A stretch of DNA of 64,000 bases from the human T2T-CHM13v2.0 reference genome, Homo sapiens, in NCBI RefSeq assembly GCF_009914755.1, contig NC_060947.1. One strand, 5' to 3'. Both the position numbers and the translations under genes were made by a program. Shown here one piece after another: positions 30,815 to 44,262 of the stretch. The notes under the pieces are model-generated. The model searched no databases. It saw only the letters and a program-made list of their open reading frames with translations, and was not told the origin of the DNA. The first letter of the stretch is position 1, and every line of letters starts with the position of its first letter.

Positions 30815-31210
30815 GGTCTGTGTCTGTTCATGCTGCAGTAACTGAATTCCAAGGACAGGGTGGTTTAAACAATAGAAATTAATTTTTTCACAGTTCTAGA
30901 GGCTGGAAGTTCAAGATCAAGATGCCCTCAGGGCCAGTTTCTGATGAGGTCTCCCCTCCTGGCTTGTAGATGGCCATACCTTTTCCCTGTGTCCTCACAT
31001 GGCCATTCCTCTATACACACATGGAGAGAGGGAGAGCTCTCCAGTGTCTCTTCCTCTTATGAGAACACTGGTTTTACCAGATTAGGGTCCCACCCTTATG
31101 ACCTCACTTACCCTTTATTCTTTCTTTATAGGCCCTGTCTCCAGATACAGTCACATTGGGGGTTAGGACTTCAACAGAAATTTAGGAAGACACAACTTGG
31201 CCCATAACAC
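30815..31210 (-). mobile_element. MLT1A-like solo LTR
   Basis: CACAGTTCTAGAGGCTGGAAGTTCAAGATCAAG..GATTAGGGTCCCACCCTTATGACCTCA. Confidence 0.85.
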
Positions 31211-31238
31211 AGTCAAGACAGATATTTCAAAATTATAA

Positions 31239-31472
<234 letters not shown>

Positions 31473-32284
31473 TAAGGCAACATAAAGTTTGTAATAGCAA
31501 ATGAAAGTGAAAAAGGAGAGGAACTGCTGTGGGGAGACATACCGATTGACCCCAGGCAGGAAGGGACATTGGACAAGAGGTTGCCAGCCATCAGGAGACA
31601 AAAAAAAAAAAAGGAAAAGAAGATTCAAACATTAGTTTAGCACTGTAGTCTAGGGCCACGGATTGCAGAGGTAAATGGCCCTATGGATTTTGAAAGAACC
31701 GTAAGGTATCACTCATTGGAGCTGCCCAGTAATGAATGTGCATAATGACTACGACAAGAAGAAAAGGTGCCTTGTTCAGGAAGGAGGAATGAATGTAACA
31801 CATTTTAGACAGGATAGTTTAGGACAAGCAAGTGTGATTGCTTATAACAATCAACCCTTAAGTCCCCTGGAGAGGGCCTGGCCCATCTCTAGGGTCTTTT
31901 CTTCCTGGGAAGCAGAGTTTAGAGCCCAACCTACTAGATTTCAGAGCCCAGAGTTGAGAACTGTCCCTGCTCTTCTTGTCTTTTCCCCTCATCTCTCCTT
32001 AGAGGAATCTTGCTCCAATCTGTGTTCTGAAATCTTTCTTCCTTCATTTTTTTCCTCAAACTTTTGTTCTGCAGTTCAGAAGCTCTCTCTTCTCCTAGGT
32101 CCTAGGGGATTAGGCTTTTGTAAACTGAAGCTGGGAAATGTGTAGACTATTTCAGCTTTCAGCCCAGTTCCTCTCCCCACCCTTCCTCCAGGCAAGGAAC
32201 TTAAAGCTGACTCTAGGCTTGAATGGGAAGGGAGGCTGACCAACCCTGGAAAACAAAGAACACAAACATTGTCTCCCAGACACT

Positions 32285-32430
32285 TCACAACAACCTTTTG
32301 AGGTAGACACTGCCACCATCCTCATTTTTCAGAATAGGAAACTGAGACTTAGAGGGGTTAAGTTGCCCAAGGTGAAACAATTACTTAAGTGATGAGGTGT
32401 TAGAGAGAGGCAGGATTCAAACTCAGTTGT
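32285..32430 (-). mobile_element. MIR SINE
   Basis: CACAACAACC..GAGGTAG..GGAAACTGAGACTTAGAGGGGTTAAG..GGATTCAAAC. Confidence 0.8.
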
Positions 32431-33559
32431 GTCTGCTTCTATGCCTATAGCCCCTCTGTGCATCCTCAGAAGGTAGAAAGAAAGCAGTTTCCTAATTGAT
32501 GTTATGAACTTTGAAGGAATTAACTCTACATTAATTACTTAACAAGTAGGAACGTCTGCAATCCTACTTTATGAGATCTCATATTTTCCAGCAGCAAACC
32601 TGGGGCAGGAAAATGATTTTCCTGAGAAATGGGGCTCAGCAACCAGAGCCAATCACAGGAAAACCAATGTCAAAACAGGCAGACCATGTGGCCCAAGTTG
32701 TTGGGCCTTGTTGGGACATTAAATAGCACGGTAGATACACCAAGGATATGTCCTAATTGTATGAGTCCAAGGGCAGTATTTATTTGCTAAAGAAAGCAAT
32801 GAGCAGCCTGCATAATTAGAAATTAACTACCATACTTGAAATTATGCAAACAGCGTAACAGGCAGAAAGCTAAACAAAAATGTAAAAAACTCTTGTCGGC
32901 AATATTTGCACTTAACTTGAGTCTTCAAGGTTGACTTCTGCACAGAGTGCTTTTTTTTTCTTCCTGTGTTAGTGGCATTCTTCATGTGGAAGCTGTTGGT
33001 CTCGATCCCAGATTCAAAAGCTGGAAGCTTCACCTTGCTGAAAAGTTTAGGCTGGCATCATTCAGCAGGCTGAAGCTTCATTAATGGCAACATCTCTCAG
33101 CCATATGTCAATAAATCAATGCTCTAACAGGAAACAAATGCAGAAGGCATATCATCAGCTTCCTGTCTCCTCCTTAGGAAAGCTGAGTTCGTCATAATGA
33201 AGGGCAATTTCACCCCTTTCTCTTCACCTTTGTATAAGTCCTGCTTCCCTTGAGTTTCCAAGGCAACTGCAAGCTCAGTTGGAAGCAACAAGTAACTTAG
33301 ATGGCAAGTTCCCAATGGAATTGGAAGTGACCACCACAGACAAGGACAGCATGAAACAGAAAACAAGCTGCCACGCAGCTGGTCGGTAGATTCGGAGGCC
33401 ACCCTTTCTTAGAGTCTGGATTTCAGAATGCTTCGTAGGATGAAGTAATCATATAAACAACCAGCTGTGGAAACTAAATAAGCCTTTTCATAGTTTCCAT
33501 TTTTGCAGCTGGGAAAAAACTGTAAAATAAAGGTGAATTTTGTCTGACAGCCTAATGTT

Positions 33560-35200
33560 AATCAGAACAGGGCCTTCAAGGATTGAAATCCATTATACTT
33601 TAGGGAAGGGTTGATTATCCCTCCCACTTATCCGTTTAACAAACCAAATTGACTTGTTCTTAAGCATGGAAAGAATGCATAGCACCTCGGGATGGATTAT
33701 TGAAATCTTAATCCTGTGGTCCCATCCATTGAGGCCCCATAGCAAGCACTATTGAAATTATTTTTTCATCCAATCAGCAACTGGTAAATAGTTTGCAGTC
33801 ATAGACTTGGCTAATATGTTTTGTTCAGTGACCATTTCAATAGGCTCTCAGCCACGATTTGCCTTCACCTCTGAGGGGACACAATTCACCTTTACCAGGC
33901 TACTCATGGGGCATCTCAGCAGTCCTGCTGTCCCACACAATTTCACAGGTAAAATCTTAGCCACATCTATCTTTCTCAAGGAACACAGGTATGACATCAA
34001 ACTGATGACATCCTCCTCTGACGGGATTCACTTGACATACTTATTTAGGCCGTACAAACACAAAGGAACTCTCGAAAAGGGGATGGACCATTGCCTCACA
34101 CATAGTACTAGGCCCTGCTATCTCAGTTAAATTCCTGTCGTTGTCGGGAAACAAACATTGACTCTCTTAGTGCCCACAACGTTAAAGAAAGCCCAACATC
34201 TTTTAGTCATTTTTGGGTTCTGGAGGTAATGCATTCCTCATGTACAAATTTTATTAAGCCCATTTTTGTTACTTACAAATTGGCTTACCTTGAGTAGAGT
34301 CACCAACAACAAAAGCCTCCAGAATCTGTCCAAATTTCAATAAAACAGGCACTCCTGTTCGTGCCCTACCCTACCCTGAGACTCCTTTACTGTAGAGGCC
34401 TTAGCAATCTCCTCTTGGGCCTCCTGGAGTCTCTGGACCACCCATGATGGTCATAAATTGCCAACGCCTTCTGGTGCAAGAAACTGCCCTCCTTTCCCCC
34501 ATCATGTATACACCATTAGAGGGAAAAGTGCTGGCCACATACTGGGTGCTTCTGAAGATGAAGGCTCACATAGACCTTGAGCCTATGACCTTCCACACCC
34601 AGCTGCCTATTATGTCATGAGAGCAGCACCCTGCAAGCTTGTCATGGACACTGAGGACTCCTTGCTATCCAATGGAGTCAAACCTGGGTCTTCTGGTGTA
34701 TCCCACTTGCAGAAGGTGGTAGATAGCTTCCTCTGTCCTTGGTTTCTTGCTAGATGCCATGGAGCTGGAGGTCACCCCTTTCCAAGTCCCCATTGTTTAT
34801 CTGGGAAACCCCTTGGGATCAACTGAGTGAGCGACAATGGGACTTTATACATTTTATGTATGGTATCACCACCATTACATACAATGAATCTTGTGGGAGA
34901 GCTGCTGTTTTCATCCCTTAGCCAGATCTTACCTGATCAAGGATGATACCTCAGCACAATTGGCTGAACTTCAGGCAGTCATTTTAATAATGAATTCCCT
35001 GGCCAATAGTTAGCCCCATTTGCACATTTATACACTCATGGGCCATTGCCAATGATCTGGCTGTCTGGCTTGGGCAATGGCAGCAGCAACAATTCCTTGT
35101 CCAAGCTTGCCCTCTTCAAGGTAAGGAGCTCTGGGAAGCTCCTGCCTCGTAGAGCCTCAAAGTATAAATGAATATCACATGTGTCTACACATCCTAAAGT
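33560..35200 (+). pseudogene. Decayed ERVL (class III) pol: reverse transcriptase + RNase H remnant
   Basis: IDLANMF..SQPRFAFT..GTQFTFTRLLMGHLSSPA (ORF 33807); TDDILL at ~34001; QHLL..FGFWR*CIPH at ~34195; SAQLAELQAV at ~34951; SWAIANDLAVWLGQW at ~35036; frameshifts and stops throughout. Confidence 0.85.
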
Positions 35201-35224
35201 CACAATACAAGACTTCATGGACAC

Positions 35225-35450
35225 ACTCATTATCCCTTTCAGAGTTCCAGACATTATGGAGAGGGACCAAGGCACTCACTTTTTCTTTCATCTTCACTCA
35301 AAGTCATTTTTTGACCTTGTTGGGAGCCTGCCCAGAAAGCCTCATTATGTGAAGTAATAAACCCTTTTGTATGTTCTTGGTGTATGTGTGGCATCATCAA
35401 TCTCAATATCCAAACCAAATTTTGAGTGGTGGTCCATTCTGTTTCTGCCA
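35225..35450 (+). mobile_element. 3' part of an ERVL-type LTR
   Basis: GTAATAAACCCTTTT polyA signal then U5-like GTGTGGCATCATC..CCAAATTTTGAGTGG directly after the pol remnant. Confidence 0.45.
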
Positions 35451-35459
35451 AATAACTAC

Positions 35460-35865
35460 GACATGTACAATGGCCCCAGTATAATAGAAGTTTATTTCTT
35501 GCTCATTAATATTCCAATTGGATATTTCTCATTAATTTCATTAATGGTTGGTTTTCCTCTGCATGACGATTCAGGGACCCAGGATCCTTCCACCTTATAG
35601 TTCAACTATACCCTAGGACCTTATATTCATTATCTGCATATAGCCATGTAAAGGGAACGAGTATGGTGAAGGTACACCTGTTTCTTAAAAGTCTTGGCTT
35701 GGAATGATGTACTTCATTTTTTGTTCTCATTCCATTGGTAATGACTAGTTATATGGCCACACCTAAATAATAGGGGATGCTGGGAAATGTAGCTCTGTGT
35801 GTCTTAGCAACGTCTATTTTATTGAAGGGGCAAGAACTTTAGTGGACAAGTAATTATTTTTGCCG
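35460..35865 (-). mobile_element. Old MLT1 (J/K/L-like) LTR
   Basis: ATAGAAGTTTATTTCTTGCTCA..TCAGGGACCCAGG..CATTCCATTGG..GCTGGGAAATGTAG. Confidence 0.6.
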
Positions 35866-37764
35866 CAGGGACATAGCCATATCTACAGATGTTTGAGAAT
35901 CTGAATGGAATATGGCCCTACCCTGACATAGGAGAGAATATACATATGAAAGCCTACTCTCTAGACTGTGGAACAACCATTTTTAGAGTGGAGTTGCTTG
36001 CTGGGAACAGGTGTTTCAGTAGCTTAATTTTTGCTTTCCCTCAATCCGTCCCTTCTTGCTGCTGCTTCTTGTCTTCTTTTCCCTTCTCCTTCCACATTCA
36101 TGAATAAAGGCCAAAATGGCGGGGGATAATGGAGTCGGGAAAGAGAAGCATGGATAAATCTTGCTTGGCCATATTAACAAGGGTGGGTACAAAGAGGAGG
36201 ACCAATCCATCCTCCCATCTCTCTATTGCAAGAGCTCAGCCAAATTCCGGTGAGGCCTGTATATGAAAGCTTTTGTTGCTGTTCACGTGGTCTTGAGCTC
36301 CTCAGCTACTTTAATTTCAAGCAATTAATTTTGGAGACAATCAATTTGGGGACAAATATGCTGGCTACTGAGAAAAGAGTCCAAAGAAATATGTATTTTT
36401 ATTTGGCTCCCCATATCAACTCACTGTTTGCACAGTGCCCCCGACTGCTTCCATTTCTCTATTTTATTTCCTGAGAGCTTAAGGAAAAAAAGCACTATGA
36501 TGGCCTGAGAGCTTTGATGACGCCACCTAGATTATCCTTATGTTAGAGCGTTTTTTGGTTAGTGATCAAGTAATCACTTCCACTGTGTTCACGCTTATGT
36601 ACTGCATTTTAACACTGCACCATAAATCAAAATATCAATAACGAGCTAATAAAATAATATCGAGCTGGGGTTGAATGAGGGGAATCAGTGAGCCACAGGA
36701 CTTTCATGCTCTTCTTCGGCATATAGATTTAACATCGCATCAGATTTAAATCCATACAGTAACTAAGCCCACCATGTGCTGTTTTCATTTAAAAAAAAAT
36801 CCTCCTCAGACACATCTTGCCAGGTCTATCTCTTTTTCACTTTAATACCCTTTAAATGATTGAAAATCAGATTTTCCCACTGACTGTGCCTTTTGTCCCG
36901 AATGATAAATGATGATTTCTGTCTCCTCCTTTCTCCGTCTGGTTCTGAGCGTTGTTCAAAATAAGCCGGCTCTTTGCACTGAGTTTTTGCTGCTGTCAGG
37001 GGATTTATGTAGGATGTGAGCTGAGCTATGGCAACTGCAATGATTGGATAACGGTTCCTTCAGAGCTGCAAGCAGAGCACAAACCATGGTGGGTCTTTTT
37101 TTGGTTCTTCCCCAAATAGCTGCAGTTCTTGTTTGGGGATTTAAAATGTTCATGTATTTCCAAGCCAAAGAAGGAATGAAAAAAAGAAAACTCTTGGCAA
37201 TTTAGGATTTGGCAAATGACCCTTACTTCATTACAGTGGAGGCTGACTTTGGGCAAAACATTTAGCTTTTCTGAGCCTCAATTTATTTATCTGTAAAATG
37301 AGGAGATTGGTGCCGCATGAATTTTAAGATCCCGTCCATGTATGAAATTCCATGTTCTATATTTGATGCCTTAAATTGCTTGACTGAAATTGTCTTTAAT
37401 AGCTCTTTTCCTTCTCTTTAAGTAGGGAATTCAAGAGAGGGATGGTATTCTTTTGCACTCTGTGTTCAAAAAGTGAATAAATAGCATTCCCCCATACTTA
37501 AAATGTCCAATACTGAACTCATTATGTTTTTCTCCACAAATCCCCTCTTCTCTAGCATTCCCCGCCTTGGGTAACAGCACCACATCCACCCAGTTTCCTG
37601 ATCTAGAAACTTCCAAGTCATCCTCCCTGTCAGCTCCTTCCTGCATCTCCTAACCATGCCTTGAACAGCAATCAGCCATTCATTGCATTTGTGAAATGTG
37701 TTCCTTGGAGGCTAGGCCTACCTTGCTGCTAGGCTGGTCACAGAAGGTAGAAATTCTTAGTGGA

Positions 37765-38075
37765 AAAATGCCTGCATCTAATCAGGCAGCCTGGGCTCCA
37801 ATCCTAGCTCTGCCCCTTGCTTTTAGCTCCATGACTTGTCCCAGGATGGTCTGGGAAAGCTTGGCTCCTAGAAAGTAGGACAGGCTGAGCCCCATGTATG
37901 AGTGTGGCACTACGATTACTAGCCTTATGACATTTCCGCATTATAGTTTCTTTTCTGAAAAATGCTTATAATGATAGTACCCAGCTCTCTGGGATTTAAT
38001 GTATGTGAAGTGCTTAGCCCAGTGCCTTGATGTATAGTAAGTGCTTAATAAATGTTAGTAGTTATCATTACTATT
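37765..38075 (+). mobile_element. MIR (split)
   Basis: CCTGGGCTCCAATCCTAGCTCTGCC..ATAATGATAGTACC..GTGCTTAG..AGTAAGTGCTTAATAAATGTTAG. Confidence 0.65.
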
Positions 38076-38210
38076 ATTACAGTAGAATGCTCATTATCAG
38101 CCTTAGCTGCCATGTGTGGTAAGGCCTAGAATAAAACATTGCTGCCCAAAACCTTCTGTTGGTTGGGTTAGGCATTCACTCTGGGTGTCTTTGTGACCAT
38201 GAATCTGTAG

Positions 38211-38569
<359 letters not shown>

Positions 38570-38718
38570 TGATTCTTCTACTTTTAAAACTCCTGTCATG
38601 TTGCTAGGTGGGTGGATGGTCAGTAGAGAGTGGATGAACTGCTTTGACCTGGTGCCACCTCCCACCCGACTCTGAGAATCACCCACCATGCCCTGCACAC
38701 AGGACCTGTGCCCCTGAA

Positions 38719-38973
38719 TTTTTTTTTTCTTGAGACAGGGTCTTGCATGATCTCAGCTCACTGCAGCCTTGACCTGCTAGGCTCAAGCGATCCTCCCACC
38801 TCAGTCTTCTGGGTAGCTGGGACTACAGGTGTGTGCCATGATGCCCAGCTAATTTTTGTATTTTTTGTAGAGACGGGGCTGACCAGGCTGGTCTCAAATG
38901 CCTGGGCTCAAGCACTGCTGCCTCGGCCTCCCCAAGTGCTGGGACTACAGGTGTGAGCCACTGCGCCCTGCCC
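38719..38973 (-). mobile_element. AluJ with internal deletions
   Basis: GAGACAGGGTCTTGC..CTGCAGCCTTGACC..GGCTCAAGCGATCCTCCCACC. Confidence 0.9.
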
Positions 38974-39119
38974 TCTTGAGACGTTAATGACAGTCTCCCC
39001 TACCTCTGACACAGCCATAGTGCTGCTAGCTGGGCCTTGTCCATCGAAGGTCCATTTTTCCTCAGACCCTCTTCTGCCTGTCCCCACCTTCCTCCTCTCC
39101 TCCCCTTCAACGTTGCTGA

Positions 39120-40082
39120 GATGGTGTTTTCCAAAGATAGCCAAACCAAAGCTCCCATCCCACAGGCTCTTCTACGATGGGACTTATCACTCCCCCATCA
39201 GAAGATGAAGTCTAATTTCACTCTTCTTGAACGTGGGCTGGCCTTAGTGACTCTTTCAATAATTAACATTAAGATTCTTATTAATTAATGCTATTGATGA
39301 TTGTTTGGCTGGCTCTCTCATCACTCAGGAGTCTAGCCCATGCTTTTTTACATGGCTGCAGGAGCATTCCAAGAGAGCAAGAGTGGAAGTGGCAAGGCTC
39401 CTGAGGTCTAGGCTCTGAAACTCACAGAGCATCACTTCCACCACATTCTACTGGGGAAATTTACTTGTAGTTTTTATATTTATGAAGGTTAGTTATTAAT
39501 AGAATGTGGTAGAAATGACTACTTGTGGGCTAGGTCAGAAAGGGCCATGTAGCTTCCACCTGGGTGTCTTGGAATCCTAGCTCTCGGGGCGCTCCTCCTC
39601 AGGGCACTTCCTCCCAGAGCCCAGTCCCCGTGTCATGAGAAATGTAAGCCATATGGAAAGGCCACGTGTGGGTACTCCAGTCAAAGTCTCAGCTCAGCCT
39701 GTCCTTCTGCCATCACAGACCAGACCCACCTGCTCTCATCTGAGGCCTTCGAGTTCTCATGGGCCCACCCTGTGAGCATAGCATGTCCTGTTCCTTTTCG
39801 TCCTCCATCCACGTGACTCTGCCTTCATTTGGGTCTTCATTGTCTTATGCCTGAATCTGCACCACCATCTCACACCCACTCTTCTTACTGCCAGTCTTTC
39901 ACCTCCATATGAGTGAGGAAGTCATCTGGGAGAGGATCCTCCCACCCCAGCTATTTGAGTTGGTCTTAGCTGTTCAAGTCATTCTAGACATTGTGGAGGA
40001 GAGATGTCTCCACTGTACTCAGTCCAGATACCTAGCCCACAGAGTCCATGTGCATAATAAATTGGTGGTTCTTTTATGCCAC
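39120..40082 (+). mobile_element. MLT1H-like LTR interrupted by two inserts
   Basis: TTTTCCAAAGAT.GCC..GGGCTGGCCTTAGTGACT..TAGAATGTGG..GGAAAGGCCACGTG..GAGTGAGGAAGTCATC..CCCACAGAGTCCATG..AATAAATTGGTGG. Confidence 0.7.
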
Positions 40083-40502
40083 TTCACCTGCTCTCATTTG
40101 AGGCCTTCAAGTTCGCATGTGCCCACCCTGTGAGCATAGCATGTTCTGTTCCTTTTCATCCACCATCCACGCATGTCACACCCACTCTTCTTGTTACCAG
40201 TCTTTCACCCTCCAATTCAGTGTCACACCCCTGCCAGGGTCATTTTTCTAGAAAACAAGCCCAGTCATATCAATTTCAAAGTGCTAGATATAGCCTTCCC
40301 ATTCTCCACCGTCTCTAACTCGGCAAACAAGGTTCTTCACAATCTAGTTTCAACAAAACTCTGCGGCCTCATCTGCCTGCCACTTTCTTACTGGAATTCT
40401 ATACTCCTGCCACCCAAACTTCCTACCATTCCCTAAAAACACATTGTGTTCTTTCACACTCTGCAATGTTGCGCTTGCTGTTTAGAATGACCTTTCCCCC
40501 AA

Positions 40503-40611
40503 CTTTTTCTTTTCTCTTTTTTCTTTTTCGTCTTTCTTCCCTCTCTCCCTCCCCCTCTCTCTCCTTCCCTTCCACCTCCTCCCTCTCTCCCTCTTTCCTT
40601 CCTTCCTTTCT
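40503..40611. repeat. CT-rich polypyrimidine low-complexity tract
   Basis: ~110 bp almost entirely C/T. Confidence 0.9.
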
Positions 40612-40627
40612 CAAATAATGCCTAATT

Positions 40628-40905
40628 CTTAGTTTTCTATTGTTGTGTAACAAACCACTGCAAAACTTACTGGCTGAAAATAACAGTAATTTATTATTTC
40701 TCATAAACTTGTGGGTTAACTGGGTGTTCGCATCTTGACTCACTCATGCAGCTGCAGTCAGCTGCCAGCGCAGCTGGCATTGGAAGGTCTAAGGTGGCCT
40801 CACTCACATATCCAGGCTGCCAATCCAGATTGAAGAGGTAGGGAAATATACTCTACATCTTAATGGGAGGAGCTGCAAAATCTTGTGGCCACATTGATCA
40901 CAGCC
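40628..40905 (-). mobile_element. Old MLT1 LTR fragment
   Basis: TTAGTTTTCTATTGTTGTGTAACAAACCAC..TTTATTATTTCTCA..GGCCTCACTCACAT..ATGGGAGGAGCTGCAAA. Confidence 0.7.
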
Positions 40906-41007
40906 CCATATATACTTTAAGGTCAAGTTCATCTGCAAGCATTCCCTATTCATTAATTATTTTTAAATTCAGCCATCCATTCTGTTATTTCACTTGAATT
41001 TGAAGAT

Positions 41008-41428
41008 TTTTTTCTCTTATTTACTTATTTATTTTATTGATACATAATAGCTGTATCTATTTTGGGGGCACATGTAATAATTTGATACATTCAGACCATC
41101 AAATCAGGGTGATTAGGATATCCATTAGCTTCAACATTTATTTTTTTCTTTATGCTAGGAACATTGTAATTATTCTCTTCTAGCTATTCTGAAATTGGTT
41201 CATGTTAACTAGAATTGATTAATGTTAATTATAGCCACCTTACTGATCTATCGAACAACAGGTCTTATTTCTTCTATCTAAGTATGTATTTGTATCCATT
41301 AATCAACCTTTCTTCAACCTCTCCTCCCCCTACCCTTCTTGGCCTCTGGTAATCACCAGTCTACTCTCTATCTTCATGACATCCACTTTTAGCTCTCACA
41401 CATGAGTGAGAACAGGCATTATTTGTCT
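41008..41428 (-). mobile_element. L1MA 3' end
   Basis: TTTATTGATACATAATAG..TTCTAGCTATTCTGAAAT..CCTCTGGTAATCACC..TTTTAGCTCTCACACATGAGTGAGAAC. Confidence 0.85.
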
Positions 41429-42239
41429 CAGCCATCCGTTCTTCCATTTACTTAGAAAATACATCTAGCATCTTCTATAAGCCAGGTACTGAGCAGTGAA
41501 AACCCAGAAGCAAACTCCTTATTGTCCCACCACCTTTTGTCCATACTTCTTTATAATATGTGTCTCATTATGTTGTAATTGTTTACACGTTTTATGCTTT
41601 TAGTAGTCTGTGAGGTCCTGTAGGGGAGAAATGATGTCTCCTCTCATTTTGGTAGGAGTAACAAAGTATTTTTTAAAGCTAACAATAATTATTTTGTTTG
41701 TTTCCTATTGTTCCTGAAGGGGTAGCTGATTAGTCTGTGGAAGATCCTACACTGCTGTTTTGCTTAAGGGGAAAACACTCTGATGAACTTTTTGTCTATG
41801 GAAAGCCTGAGCACACACAGTTCATAGAGAAGTTAAGGGCAAAACAAAAGTGCAAACCTGAACATGCTTCCTGAAGGACTTCTCTATTAGTGCTTGCCGT
41901 GTTAGGAAGGAAATGAAAACCCCCGAGTGAAACCTTCGGGGAAGACTAAGCGGGTTTCTCCACAGGAGAACAGTGATCAAGGCTCTTTATTCTTTGGATG
42001 TCATAATCACATTTCCTGCAGTGAAATGTTGTTAAATAAGATGATCCAACAATTGGACTTCATAGGGATTGTTTCTTTCATATCCTGGGAAAATATGGAA
42101 GGATGTTTTTATTAGTTCCATAGTTTATACAACTGGGCAGGTACTTTGTTTGCATGGTTAAATGATTTCGTTTTGCGTTTGCCTTTTAGTTTGACTTCTC
42201 ATTTTCAAGTTAGTTTTTTCCATCTATAAAAAAGTTTGT

Positions 42240-42644
<405 letters not shown>

Positions 42645-43909
42645 TTATAGTCTTTTTTTTTTCTTTTTAGCAGAACTGGGATTCTAGTGTGTAAAAGCTG
42701 ATGTACATATATTTTCTCTTAATATTATCATGAGCTCTTTCCCATCTAATTAAATGTTCTTTGAGGAAAGAATTTCCAGTAATGCAGCACAATTTATTTA
42801 AACATTTTCCCACTGTTGAGTAGTTTTTAGCTACTGTAAATAACGTTTCAAAATATTTCCATGTACATAAATTTTTGTGTTTATCGCCATTTCCTTGGGA
42901 TATGTTTCTTAATGGCAAATTATTGGGTCAAAGAGCATGATCGTGTATAAGCTTCTTGCTCTATATCTCCACATTGCCCTTTAGAAAGGTTGTAACACAA
43001 TTTCATGGAAAATAAAGAACTTGAGAACTTTCATTTTTCTCTAATATAATTCCAGTTTAGGAAGAAAAGGAAGGTTGTAACAATGTACAATTTTTCATAT
43101 AGTGTAGAGAGTCCATTTCTGTGCAGTTTATTCTCCTATATTGGTAATTTCATTAAAAATCACTTTGATAAACTGATAGTGAAAATGCTGTTGGTTTTAA
43201 TATGCCCTTTTTTGCTGTATTGATATAGGTTCTTTTTAAATAAACTGTGGGCTTCATCTTCGGATCCTTACAATCAGAGAGGCACAGTATGTCTGTCTCC
43301 TTGGATTCTGAGAGTTCACATTCCCATTTTCTGAGCTAGAACTTGACTCTTTTTCATTGAAAGTGAAGGCCAGGCACAGATAGCTCCATAGCAACCTCTC
43401 TGAACTCCCCAAGGGGAATTTACTCACACAAAGCAAACAGTGTCCAATTCACTGAAGATTTTTCAGAGGAGACAGAAGAGAGAGAGCTGGTATTGCACAC
43501 CTCACTGCAAATGACTTGAAATCTTTGGATGTTTTACTTACCTCCAAGTTCCTCCCTCTCCTTTCTCTGTTGCCCCATAGTCCAAGGTCTTCTTTCAGTT
43601 CTTCCTACATATGGCACTCAGTCTCACCAAGTTCTTCTCAGTCTTCAAATGTCCTTTACTATCTCAGCCAATTAGTGACCATAATTTGTGAATCAGCCAT
43701 GCCATTTGAGGCTGTCATCCCCACCTCCAAGGGATTCACATTCCAAGGGATTTTTAATATTTTCCCATTGTGAGGAGTGATTCTGATGTAGCAGCTGTTA
43801 AAAGAACAATATTTTTGCACATTGTTTCAGAAACATTATGTAAAATTATCAATGAATTTAAAAACAATGTATTTCTTAGGCCAGATTCTCAGTTTTTTCT
43901 GTATATGGG

Positions 43910-44262
43910 AGTGTGTCCTTAGGATCAGAATTTTTCAGAGATAAGAGAAGCATGACTGGGTAGAGGGAGGAGTTAAGTTGAGATGCAGTGACAACTGAGG
44001 CCTCAGCTGACCCTGTGGGGAGCTCTGAAACTGGCGTGGTCCTTCAGAATTACCCCAAATTGAGACGGGGGGCCAGACTTTCATATCCCACACCCATGGA
44101 CCAAACCTTGAATTTGACTGTCCTTGAGCGAGTGAGTGTAACTTTGGCAAGTTCCTGTTTACCAAGGGCAAATTCTTGGAAGGGACTCAGCTTCCAACCT
44201 TCAGCAACCAACACTCTCAACAAGAAGAGAATGTGTCTTGGCTCTGGAGGGGGATCTGGGTG
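43910..44262 (-). mobile_element. LTR33-like fragment
   Basis: GACTGGGTAGAGGGAGGAGTT..GATGCAGTGACAAC.GAGGCCTCAGCTGACCC..GGGAGCTCTG..GGGGATCTGGGTG. Confidence 0.6.

Noticed and set aside
31732-32145. 137-aa ORF
   Set aside because: No homology recognised; low-complexity S/L/F composition typical of non-coding DNA.
42985-43092. AAGGTTGTAACA repeated ~85 bp apart in old L1-like sequence
   Set aside because: Only 12 bp and no donor found for the intervening sequence; too weak to call.
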